Shown here: in pieces, positions 7,715 through 16,373 of the stretch
Numbering within the stretch: the stretch's first letter is position 1
Layout of the letters: each line of letters opens with the position of its first letter
Source of the DNA: Pseudomonas aeruginosa
Lineage (GTDB): Bacteria; Pseudomonadota; Gammaproteobacteria; Pseudomonadales; Pseudomonadaceae
DNA: 32,000 nt
Assembly (NCBI RefSeq): GCF_001457615.1
Contig: NZ_LN831024.1
Span: 2,940,001 to 2,972,000 of the forward strand
Direction: 5' to 3'
Program-made: the position numbers and the translations under genes
Notes under the pieces: generated by a model
Told to the model about the DNA's origin: nothing
The model's input: only the letters and a program-made list of their open reading frames with translations
Databases searched by the model: none

Positions 7715-10700
7715 ATGAGTGCGTCAGAAGACCTGCAATCCGCTGTGCAACCGGCCGCGAGCGAAGCGCTCGAAGGATTCCCGCTGTCTCCCTTGCAGAC
7801 CCGCGCCTGGCGCCGCCATGCCGAGCGGCCGGAAAATACGGTTGTCGGCGTGCGCCTGCACGCCCCGGCCGATCCCGTGGCGACGCTGGAGCGGCTGCGC
7901 CGGGCGCTGGACGGCGAGGCGCAACTGCGCGTGGCCTACCGGACGATGCCGGGCATGAGCCTGCCGGTGCAGGTACTGGATGGGCGCGCGGCCGATCTGC
8001 TGGTCGAGCGCCTGCCGGGAGACGGCGACTGGGCCGGACGCTTCGCGCGCGAAAGCGCGCGTCTCGCCGCTTCGCCCCTGGGCGGGGAAGGCCAGCCGGT
8101 ACTGGCGCTCGGCCTGCTGCTGGACGCCGCCGGAGAGACGCTCCAGGGGCTGTTGCTGGCGGCGCCGGCGTTCGTCGTCGATGCGGCCAGCCTGGTGGCG
8201 CTGCTGCGCCGCGGCCTGGGGCCGGCCGGCCAGGCGAGCGCGGACGAGGGAGACGAGGCGCTGCTGTTCCAGCATTTCTCCGAGTGGGCCAACGAGGCGC
8301 TGGCCGGCGAAGACGGCGAAAGCGCCAGCGGTTACTGGCGAGAGCAGGCGGCCGTTGCGGCGGAGAGTCCGCTGGCGCTGGCGGACGACCTGGGCGAAGG
8401 CGAGTGGACGGCGCGGCGCCTGCTGCCGCGCGCGCTGCTCGAACGCCTGGCCGCCAACGGCTTGCCGGAGGCGGCCGCCCTGCTGGCCTGGACCCAGGTC
8501 GCCGGGCAGTTCCAGGGCGACGAGGGACTCCCTCTGGAAATGGCGCGACTGGTCTCGGGGCGCCTGTTCAACGAGTTCGCCGAGCTGGCCGGACCGTTCG
8601 CCGGGGTCGCGCCGCTGTGCCTGGAGAATGTCCGCGCGGGCAGCGTCGGCGAGCGGCTCGACGCCCTCCAGGCGGCGATCCTCGCCCAGGAGGAGGCAGC
8701 GGCCCTGCGCGATCCCTTTGCCCCCGACTGGCCGCTCGCCGAGTTGGGCTTCGCCTGGCTGGCGGGCGAACTGGATGGCGCCGGGGTGGCCGAGCTGGAT
8801 TGCCGTCAGCCGCCGCTGGGCGGGTTCCTCGAGTTGCAGGTGCTGCCCCACGGCGAAGGCCGGCTGGCCAGCCTGCGGGTCCGCCGCGACCATGACGGAA
8901 CGCTGGCCGGGCGCTTGCTCGACGCCTGGGTCGAATGCCTGGAAAGCATCGCCGCCGACAGGCAACTGCCACTGGCCGGGCTGCCGTTGATCGGCGCGGC
9001 CGAGCGCGAGCGCTACCAGGCCTGGCAGGGCGAGCGCGTGGAGCCCGCGCCGGTGGAATCCCTGGTGGCCGCGTTCGATCTGCGCGCCGCCCTGCAGCCG
9101 CAGGCGCCGGCGTTGCTGGATGCCCACGGCAGCCTGGATTTCGCCACGCTGCGCGCGCGCAGCGAAGCGGTCGCCGAAGCGCTGCTGGCTGCCGGCGTGC
9201 GGCCCGGCCAGGCGGTGGCGGTGATGACCGGGCGCAACCGCGAGGCGATCGTCGCCCTGCTCGGGGTGATGCGCGCGGCGGCGGTGTACACCCCGGTCAA
9301 TCCGGAGTTTCCGGCGGCGCGGGTGGAGCGGATGCGCGAAGCGGGCGGGATCGTCTTCGCCCTTGCCGATGCCGAGTGCGCCGGGCGCGCCCGCGAGGAC
9401 TTCGCCGGGGCCTGCCTGGACCTGTCGACGCTGCCGCTTGCCGGCAGCGGCATGAGCCTGCCGGCGCCGGGCGGGCGCGATGCGGCCTACATGATCTTCA
9501 CCTCGGGCACCAGCGGCCAGCCCAAAGGCGTGGTGGTCGAGCACGCCAGCGCGCTCAACCTGTCCCAGGCCCTGGCGCGCACGGTATACGCGAACGTGGT
9601 GGGCGAGGGCCTGCGGGTGACGGTCAACGCGCCGTTCTCCTTCGACTCCTCGATCAAGCAGATTCTCCAGTTGCTCTCCGGCCATTGCCTGGTCCTGGTG
9701 CCGCAGGAGGTGCGCAGCGATCCGCAGCGGATGCTGGGGTTCCTCGAAGAACGGCGCATCGACGTGCTCGACTGCACCCCGTCGCTGTTCCGCCTGCTGC
9801 TCCAGGCCGGCCTCGACGATGCCCACCCGGCGCTGCCCGGGCGCATCCTGGTAGGGGGCGAGCGCTTCGACGAAGCGTCCTGGGAGGTCGCCGCCGGCTG
9901 GCGCCGCTGCCAGGTGTTCAATCTCTACGGTCCTACCGAAGCCACGGTGAACGCCAGCCTGGCGCGGGTCGCCGAGCATGCGCGGCCGACCATCGGCCGC
10001 GCCCTGGCCAACGTCGATCTGCATGTGGTCGATGGCCTCGGTCGTCGCAAGACCCGTGGCGCCAGCGGCGAACTGTGGATCGGCGGCGCCGGGGTGGCGC
10101 GCGGCTATGCCGGCGACGCCGGCGAGGCGGCCGGGCGCTTCCTCGAGGAGGGCTGGCCGGGCAGCGGCCGCCTGTACCGCAGCGGCGACCTGGTGCGCTG
10201 GCGCGCCGACGGTTGCCTGGAGTTCCTCGGGCGGATCGACGAACAGGTGAAGATCAACGGCTACCGCATCGAACTGGGCGAGATCCGCAGCGCGTTGCTG
10301 GAACACCCGGCGGTGGGCGAGGCGGCGGTACTCACCGACGAGGCCGATGCGGCCGAACCGGGCGCGGATCGCCGGATCGTCGCCTTCGTCACCGCCGCCG
10401 AGGAGACCGCGGACGAGTCCTGGCTGGAAGTCGACCTGCCCAGCGGGCACCGGGTCGCCGGACTGAACCTCAACGAAACCGAGTACGTCTACCAGGAAAT
10501 CTTCGTCGACGAGGTCTACAGCCGCGACGGCATCGTCCTGCCGCCGGACGCGGTGGTCCTCGACGTCGGTGCCAACATCGGCCTGTTCTCGCTGTACATC
10601 GCCAGCCGCGCGCCGCGCGCGCGAGTGGTCGCCTTCGAGCCGCTGGCACCGATCCGCCGGCGCCTGGAGGCCAACCTCGGACGCTACGCACCGCAGGTCG

Positions 10701-13700
10701 AGGTATTCGGCATCGGCCTGTCCGACGCCGAGCGCGAGGAAACCTTCACCTACTATCCGGGCTACTCGACCTTCTCCGGGATCGCCGAGTACGCCGACGC
10801 CAGCGGCGAACGCGACGTCATCCGACGCTACCTGAGCAACCAGGGCGAGGAGGGCGGGGCCAACCTGCTGCTGGACAACATCGACGAAATCCTCGACGAC
10901 CGCCTGCGCGCCGAAGCCCACCGCTGCCGCCTGCGCCGCCTCGACCAGGTGATCGGCGAACTGGGCCTGGAGCGTATCGACCTGCTGAAGATCGACGTGC
11001 AGCGCGCGGAAATGGATGTGCTGCTCGGTCTCGACGATGCGGCGCTGGCCAAGGTCCGGCAGATCGTCCTGGAGGTCCATGACAAGCGCGACGGTGCCAC
11101 CGCCGGCCGCGCCGATGCCTTGAGCGACCTGCTGCGCCGCCATGGCTTCGAGGTGAGCATCCGTCAGGACGCGCTGCTGGAGGGTACCGACCGTTACAAC
11201 TGCTACGCGGTGCGCCCGGGCTATGCCGAGTCGCTGGCCGAGCGCATCGACTGGCGCGCGCTCGCGCCGCGCCCCGCCGCGGCCCTCGGCGGCGAGCTGA
11301 GCGAGCAGGCCCTGCGTGGCTTCCTCGAGGCGCGCCTGCCGGCCTACATGCTGCCGAGCCGGATCGCCCGGGTCGAACGCCTGCCGCTGACCGCCGAAGG
11401 CAAGCTCGACCGTCGCGCGCTGTTGGCGGCGCTGGCCGCCGAGGCGGCCGCGCAGACCCTGGAAGCGCCGGCCAATGCCACCGAGGCGGCCCTGCTGGAG
11501 ATCTGGAAGAGCGTGCTGAAACGCCCGGCGATCGGCGTCAGCGACAATTTCTTCCAGGTCGGCGGCGACTCCATCCGCCTGATCCAGATGCAGGTCATGG
11601 CGCGCGAGGCGGGGCTTGCCTTTACCCTGCGCGACGTGTTCAACCACCAGAGCATCCGCGAACTGGCGCGCCTGCTGGCCGCTCCGGCGAGTCCGGCGGA
11701 TGCGGCCGCGAGCTCGGCGCCGCGGGTGCTGGAGCCGTTCGCCCTGTTGTCGGCGGCGGAACGCAAGCGCCTGCCGGAGGGGCTCGACGACGCCTATCCG
11801 ATGACCAGCCTGCAACAGGGCATGCTCCTGCAAAGCGAGGCCAGCGGCGATCCACGGCTGTTGCACAACGTCGTCCTGCACGAGGTGCATGGACGCCTGG
11901 ACGGCGAGTTGCTGGCGCGCGCCTGGGCGATCCTGATCGGCCGCCACGCGATCCTGCGTACCGGCTTCGACCTGCACGGTGGCCAGGTTCCCCTGCAATG
12001 GGTCCACCCGGCCGCTGCGGTCGCCGCCGAGGTGCCGGTGCACGACCTGTGTGGCCTCGATGGGGAAACACGGCGCCTGCGCCTGCGTGCCTGGATCGAG
12101 GAAGAGCAGGCCACCCCGTTCGACTGGAGCCGCCCACCGCTGGTGCGCCTCGCCGCGCTGGCGCTGGACGAGCGGCGCTTCGCCCTGGGCGTCGCCGAAC
12201 ACCATAGCGTGCTGGACGGCTGGAGCCTGCAAAGCCTGGTGGACGAGCTGCTGGCGGTCTACGCCGACCTTCTCGCCGGTGTCGTCGCGCGGGAAGCGGA
12301 AGCGCCCGCGGTAGGCTTCCGCGACTACGTGGCGCTGGAGCGTGAGGCCGAGGCCAACGCCGCCTCGGCGCTGTTCTGGCTCGACTACCTGGCCGGCGCC
12401 CGCTACCGGCCGTTGCCCGGCCTGGCGGAGGAGGGACCCCGGCGCATGGCGGCGGTCCGCGTGGACGTGCCGGCCGACAGCCTGTCGCGCTTGCGCGCCC
12501 TGGCCGAACGCAGCGGCTTGCCCTTGCGTTCGTTGTTGCTGGCGGTGCATGGCCGAGCGTTGTGCCGCTTCAGCGATGCCGATGAAGTAGTCACCGGCTT
12601 CGTCAGCCACGGGCGCCCCGAGGAGCCGGGAGCGGACCGCCTGCTCGGCCTGTTCCTGAACACCCTGCCGTGCCGGCTGTCGGCTTCCGTCGATCTGCTC
12701 GACAGCGCCCGTCGCGCATTCGACTACGAGCGCGCGAGCCTGGAACATCGGCGCCATCCGCTGGCGGCGATTCGCAGGCGCAACCGCGAGTTGCGCCTGG
12801 ACAGCCTGTTCAACTTCGTCGACTTCCACCAGGACGACGCCGCGCCGACGGCGGGAGTAAGGCACGGCGGCATCCTCGACCAGGTGGTGGTGGACGTCGA
12901 CGTGCCGCTGGCGGTGGACTTCGAGGTGGCCGGCGAGCGCCTCGAGGTGGGCTTCCAGTACGCCGCCGGACGTTTCCCCGCCGAGCGCGCCGAGGCGCTG
13001 GCCGACGCCTACCGCGAGGCGTTGCTGGCGCTGCTCGAGGACCCGGCGCAGCCGCCCACGGCGGCCCAGGCCGAGGACAGCGTGGAGCTGCGGCGGGTGC
13101 TCAAGGTGTTGTCCCGGGTGCTCGGCCGGCCGCTGGCGGCCGACCAGGGCTTCGCCAGTGCCGGCGGGCATTCGCTGCTGGGCGTGCAGGCGATCGCCGA
13201 ATTGCGCCGGCTGACCGGCAGGCAACTGAGCCTGGGGCTGTTGCAGGGCGATCCGGATGCCCGCGAAGTGGTGCGCCGCTGCCATGCCGCCGACGCGCCG
13301 CCGTTGCCGCCCGCCACCGAGCGCGCCCGGGCCCTGTGGTTGCAGCGCAGCGGGAGCGCGCAGCCGCGCCTGCGCCTGATCGCGCTGCCGCCCGCGGGGG
13401 GCAACGCCGGCACTTTCCGTGGTTGGGACGCGCGCCTGCCGGCGGACGTGGAGCTGCTGGCGATCCAGTATCCGGGGCGCCAGGAACGCCAGGACGAGCC
13501 ATTCGTCACCGATGTAGAGGCCATGCTCTGTGCCATCGACGACGCGCTCCTGCCATTGCTCGACCGTCCGTTCGCCCTGGTCGGCGCCAGCCTCGGTGGC
13601 ATGCTCGCCTACGAACTGGCGGCACGCCTGGAAAGCCTGCACGGCCTGCGCGCCAGGCAGTTGTTCGTGATCAGCAGCCGCGCTCCGGGGCCGGACCTGG

Positions 13701-14092
13701 AATACCCGCGCTTCCATGCGATGGGCGACGCCGAGTTGCTGCGAACCCTGCGCGAGTACGACGTGCTGCCGCTGGAAGTGCTCGACGACCCGGAGCTGCG
13801 CGAGATCAGCCTGGCCACCCTGCGCGCCGATTCGCGCCTGGCCGCCGACTATCGCTACCGCCCGCGCGAGCCGCTGGCCATACCGATCACCGCGATCCTC
13901 GGCGAGCAGGACCCGGGCGTCTCCAGGGCGGCCATCGACGGCTGGCGGCGGCACGCCAGCCGCTACGAGCTGGAGACCCTGGCCGGCGGCCACGGCCTGG
14001 TGGTGACGGCGGCGGAGGAGGTCTGCGCGATCCTGCGGCAGCGCCTGGCGCCCGATGTGCCTGGCGGCGTGCCGGCGAACCTGGCAACCTGA
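7715..14092 (+). CDS. ambE: Non-ribosomal peptide synthetase AmbE (C*-A[MT]-T-C-T-TE)
   Basis: Domains in order:
- N-terminal C-like domain with LSPLQ but PAFVVDAAS (8165-8191) in place of HHxxxDGxS.
- A-domain cores AYMIFTSGTSGQPKGV, NLYGPTEAT, GELWIGGAGVARGY, YRSGD and GRIDEQVKINGYRIELGEI.
- Methyltransferase motif VVLDVGANIG (10553-10582) lying between A8 and A10.
- T1 GGDS (11561-11572).
- C-domain motif HHSVLDGWS (12200-12226).
- T2 GGHS (13163-13174).
- TE motif GASLG (13583-13597).

ATG 7715 (RBS GAGGGA) is preferred over ORF-track start 7679. Confidence 0.95.
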   Translation: MSASEDLQSAVQPAASEALEGFPLSPLQTRAWRRHAERPENTVVGVRLHAPADPVATLERLRRALDGEAQLRVAYRTMPGMSLPVQVLDGRAADLLVERLPGDGDWAGRFARESARLAASPLGGEGQPVLALGLLLDAAGETLQGLLLAAPAFVVDAASLVALLRRGLGPAGQASADEGDEALLFQHFSEWANEALAGEDGESASGYWREQAAVAAESPLALADDLGEGEWTARRLLPRALLERLAANGLPEAAALLAWTQVAGQFQGDEGLPLEMARLVSGRLFNEFAELAGPFAGVAPLCLENVRAGSVGERLDALQAAILAQEEAAALRDPFAPDWPLAELGFAWLAGELDGAGVAELDCRQPPLGGFLELQVLPHGEGRLASLRVRRDHDGTLAGRLLDAWVECLESIAADRQLPLAGLPLIGAAERERYQAWQGERVEPAPVESLVAAFDLRAALQPQAPALLDAHGSLDFATLRARSEAVAEALLAAGVRPGQAVAVMTGRNREAIVALLGVMRAAAVYTPVNPEFPAARVERMREAGGIVFALADAECAGRAREDFAGACLDLSTLPLAGSGMSLPAPGGRDAAYMIFTSGTSGQPKGVVVEHASALNLSQALARTVYANVVGEGLRVTVNAPFSFDSSIKQILQLLSGHCLVLVPQEVRSDPQRMLGFLEERRIDVLDCTPSLFRLLLQAGLDDAHPALPGRILVGGERFDEASWEVAAGWRRCQVFNLYGPTEATVNASLARVAEHARPTIGRALANVDLHVVDGLGRRKTRGASGELWIGGAGVARGYAGDAGEAAGRFLEEGWPGSGRLYRSGDLVRWRADGCLEFLGRIDEQVKINGYRIELGEIRSALLEHPAVGEAAVLTDEADAAEPGADRRIVAFVTAAEETADESWLEVDLPSGHRVAGLNLNETEYVYQEIFVDEVYSRDGIVLPPDAVVLDVGANIGLFSLYIASRAPRARVVAFEPLAPIRRRLEANLGRYAPQVEVFGIGLSDAEREETFTYYPGYSTFSGIAEYADASGERDVIRRYLSNQGEEGGANLLLDNIDEILDDRLRAEAHRCRLRRLDQVIGELGLERIDLLKIDVQRAEMDVLLGLDDAALAKVRQIVLEVHDKRDGATAGRADALSDLLRRHGFEVSIRQDALLEGTDRYNCYAVRPGYAESLAERIDWRALAPRPAAALGGELSEQALRGFLEARLPAYMLPSRIARVERLPLTAEGKLDRRALLAALAAEAAAQTLEAPANATEAALLEIWKSVLKRPAIGVSDNFFQVGGDSIRLIQMQVMAREAGLAFTLRDVFNHQSIRELARLLAAPASPADAAASSAPRVLEPFALLSAAERKRLPEGLDDAYPMTSLQQGMLLQSEASGDPRLLHNVVLHEVHGRLDGELLARAWAILIGRHAILRTGFDLHGGQVPLQWVHPAAAVAAEVPVHDLCGLDGETRRLRLRAWIEEEQATPFDWSRPPLVRLAALALDERRFALGVAEHHSVLDGWSLQSLVDELLAVYADLLAGVVAREAEAPAVGFRDYVALEREAEANAASALFWLDYLAGARYRPLPGLAEEGPRRMAAVRVDVPADSLSRLRALAERSGLPLRSLLLAVHGRALCRFSDADEVVTGFVSHGRPEEPGADRLLGLFLNTLPCRLSASVDLLDSARRAFDYERASLEHRRHPLAAIRRRNRELRLDSLFNFVDFHQDDAAPTAGVRHGGILDQVVVDVDVPLAVDFEVAGERLEVGFQYAAGRFPAERAEALADAYREALLALLEDPAQPPTAAQAEDSVELRRVLKVLSRVLGRPLAADQGFASAGGHSLLGVQAIAELRRLTGRQLSLGLLQGDPDAREVVRRCHAADAPPLPPATERARALWLQRSGSAQPRLRLIALPPAGGNAGTFRGWDARLPADVELLAIQYPGRQERQDEPFVTDVEAMLCAIDDALLPLLDRPFALVGASLGGMLAYELAARLESLHGLRARQLFVISSRAPGPDLEYPRFHAMGDAELLRTLREYDVLPLEVLDDPELREISLATLRADSRLAADYRYRPREPLAIPITAILGEQDPGVSRAAIDGWRRHASRYELETLAGGHGLVVTAAEEVCAILRQRLAPDVPGGVPANLAT

Positions 14093-14096
14093 ACCG

Positions 14097-14131
14097 CCGG
14101 CCCCTGCCGCCCGCCTGGCGGCAGGGGCCGG
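14097..14131 (+). terminator. Stem-loop terminator after ambE
   Basis: Perfect 15-bp GC-rich stem: CCGGCCCCTGCCGCC (14097-14111) pairs with GGCGGCAGGGGCCGG (14117-14131) around a 5-nt loop. It starts 5 nt after the ambE stop. The tail is only moderately T-rich (tgccgtccgtcttcatt). Confidence 0.65.
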
Positions 14132-14159
14132 TGCCGTCCGTCTTCATTCGAGGTTGCCC

Positions 14160-14702
14160 ATGGTTCTGCGCGAATACACCCAACGCCACCGGCTCGACGC
14201 CGTCGCCCCGGCCGACTACCACCGCCATCTGCCGGAGCAGGTCGCGCGCGGCCTGCCTTCCGCCGAGCTGGTGGTGTTCCGCGTCGCCGACGAGCATTCC
14301 GACACCGCGGCGTTCAGCGCACGCTACGGCTTTGGCCTGGAGGACTGCGCCAACACCCTGGTCCTGCGCTACAAGCGCGACGGCGCCGAAGGCTATGCCG
14401 CGGTGGTCAACCTGGGCTCGCGGCGGCTCGACGTGAACGGCGCGGTCAAGGCGCTGCTCGGGGCCCGCCGGCTGTCCTTCGCCGCCCGCGAGGTCGCCAC
14501 CGAGCTGACCGGCATGCAGTTCGGCGGCATCACCGCGTTCGGCTTGCCCGAAGGCATGCCGCTGCTGGTCGACGCGGCGGTCTTCGAACGGCCGTTGGTG
14601 GTGATGGGCGCCGGGGTCCGCGAGACCAAGCTGCTGCTGTCCCCGGCACTGCTGAAAGACCTTCCCGGAGTGGTGGTCGCCGAACTCAGCGAAGCCGGTT
14701 GA
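14160..14702 (+). CDS. YbaK/ProX-type aminoacyl-tRNA trans-editing (deacylase) domain protein
   Basis: 180-aa product with RBS GAGG 6 nt upstream. The size and the motif region LTGMQFGGITAFGLPEGMPLLVD resemble the YbaK/EbsC family (G-G-v-s-P-f-G type loop). The ORF-track start 14055 overlaps ambE and the terminator and is rejected. Confidence 0.7.
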   Translation: MVLREYTQRHRLDAVAPADYHRHLPEQVARGLPSAELVVFRVADEHSDTAAFSARYGFGLEDCANTLVLRYKRDGAEGYAAVVNLGSRRLDVNGAVKALLGARRLSFAAREVATELTGMQFGGITAFGLPEGMPLLVDAAVFERPLVVMGAGVRETKLLLSPALLKDLPGVVVAELSEAG

Positions 14703-14729
14703 ACCCGGCGCGGAGCATCGCCGCCGCGG

Positions 14730-14749
14730 CTCTGCCAATTGTGGTAGGT
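14730..14749. promoter_or_regulatory. Candidate las/rhl (lux-type) box upstream of chiC
   Basis: CTGCCAATTGTGGTAGGT (14732-14749) matches 15/18 positions of the las-rhl box core as I remember it (CTGCCAGTTCTGGCAGGT), with the invariant CT…AG retained. It lies about 180 bp upstream of the chiC ATG. Confidence 0.45.
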
Positions 14750-14921
14750 GAAGCCTTCCGCCGTCTCTGCAACCATGCCCCCGCCCTGATCGCGACAAAC
14801 GCCGGAATGCCCCGTGGTAGACGCTCGCGCCTGTTTTTTCTAAGCGTTCGCGGCGGCCACGGCGCGGTTCGTCGGACAGCCCCTCCGGATGCGTTTCCTA
14901 CCTTCATCCGAGGAGCGGTAA

Positions 14922-16373
14922 ATGATCAGGATCGACTTTTCCCAGTTGCACCAGGCCCGCGAAGATGCCGCGGCGGCCATGCCGAGCATCGCCGGCAAGA
15001 AGATTCTCATGGGCTTCTGGCACAACTGGCCGGCCGGCGCCGCCGACGGCTACCAGCAGGGCTCGTTCGCCAACATCGCGCTGGAAGACGTGCCGAGCGA
15101 GTACAACGTGGTCGCCGTGGCCTTCATGAAAGGGCGCGGCATCCCGACCTTCCAGCCATACAACCTGTCCGACGCGGAGTTTCGCCGCCAGGTCGGCGTG
15201 CTCAACGCCCAGGGCCGCGCGGTGCTGATTTCGCTGGGGGGCGCCGACGCGCACATCGAGTTGCACGCCGGGCAGGAGCAGGCGCTGGCCGCCGAGATCG
15301 TCCGTCTGGTGGAAACCTACGGTTTCGACGGCCTGGACATCGACCTCGAGCAGAGCGCCATCGACCTGGCCGACAACCAGCGGGTGCTGCCGGCGGCCCT
15401 CAAGCTGGTGCGCGAGCACTACGCCGGGCAGGGCAAGCACTTCATCGTCAGCATGGCCCCGGAGTTTCCCTATCTGCACAAGAACGGCAAGTACGTGCCT
15501 TATCTGCAGGCCCTGGAAGGCGTCTACGACTTCATCGCGCCGCAGTACTACAACCAGGGCGGCGACGGCCTGTGGGTCCAGGAGGCGAACGGCGGCAAGG
15601 GCGCCTGGATCGCGCAGAACAACGACGCGATGAAAGAAGACTTCCTCTACTACCTCACCGAGAGCCTGGCCACCGGCAGCCGCGACTTCGTGCGGATCCC
15701 GGCGCAGCGCCTGGCCATCGGCCTGCCGAGCAACGTCGATGCGGCGGCTACCGGCTACGTGATCGATCCCGCCGCGGTGAGCAACGCGTTTCGCCGCCTG
15801 GAAGCCGCCGGTCACGCGATCAAGGGCCTGATGACCTGGTCGGTGAACTGGGACGATGGCCTGAACAAGCGCGGCGAGCGCTACAACTGGGAGTTCCGCA
15901 AGCGCTACGCCAGCCTGATCCATGACGGCGAGGGCGGCGACCAGCGCCCGGCGGCGCCGCAGGGCCTGCGTCTGCTGGAGCGCGGCGAGACCAGCCTGGT
16001 GCTGGCCTGGAACGCCTCCAGCGGGCAGCGTCCGATCGATTACTACAGCCTCTATCGCGACGGCGCCATGGTTGGCCAGAGCGCCGCGCTGGGTTCCACC
16101 GACAGCGGCCTGACGGCGGACACCCGCTACAGCTATTTCGTCACCGCCACCGATACCCAGGGCAACCAGTCGCTGCCCAGCGAAGGCCTGGAGGTCAGCA
16201 CCAGCGGCGGGGCGGTGGATCCGCAATTCCCGCAATGGCGGGAGAACCAGGCCTATCGGGTCGACGATGGGGTGACCTACGAGGGGCTGCGCTATCTCTG
16301 CCTGCAGGCGCACACCTCAAACAGCGGCTGGACGCCGCCGGTAGCCTTCACCCTCTGGCGGCCGCTGCGCTGA
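14922..16373 (+). CDS. chiC: Chitinase ChiC (GH18 catalytic domain, FnIII-like domain, C-terminal chitin-binding domain)
   Basis: GH18 catalytic motif DGLDIDLE at 15327-15350. The C-terminal tail AYRVDDGVTYEGLRYLCLQAHTSNSGWTPPVAFTLW is typical of CBM5/12 chitin-binding modules. RBS GGAG is upstream. Confidence 0.93.
   Translation: MIRIDFSQLHQAREDAAAAMPSIAGKKILMGFWHNWPAGAADGYQQGSFANIALEDVPSEYNVVAVAFMKGRGIPTFQPYNLSDAEFRRQVGVLNAQGRAVLISLGGADAHIELHAGQEQALAAEIVRLVETYGFDGLDIDLEQSAIDLADNQRVLPAALKLVREHYAGQGKHFIVSMAPEFPYLHKNGKYVPYLQALEGVYDFIAPQYYNQGGDGLWVQEANGGKGAWIAQNNDAMKEDFLYYLTESLATGSRDFVRIPAQRLAIGLPSNVDAAATGYVIDPAAVSNAFRRLEAAGHAIKGLMTWSVNWDDGLNKRGERYNWEFRKRYASLIHDGEGGDQRPAAPQGLRLLERGETSLVLAWNASSGQRPIDYYSLYRDGAMVGQSAALGSTDSGLTADTRYSYFVTATDTQGNQSLPSEGLEVSTSGGAVDPQFPQWRENQAYRVDDGVTYEGLRYLCLQAHTSNSGWTPPVAFTLWRPLR

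Noticed and set aside
7724-13993. A 2089-aa minus-strand ORF antisense to ambE
   Set aside because: It mirrors ambE almost end to end. Its translation is an R/G/A/Q/P-rich string without any recognisable motif, while the + strand carries every NRPS core motif in order. In a genome with G/C at nearly all third codon positions the antisense frame rarely contains TAA/TAG/TGA, so very long shadow ORFs are expected.
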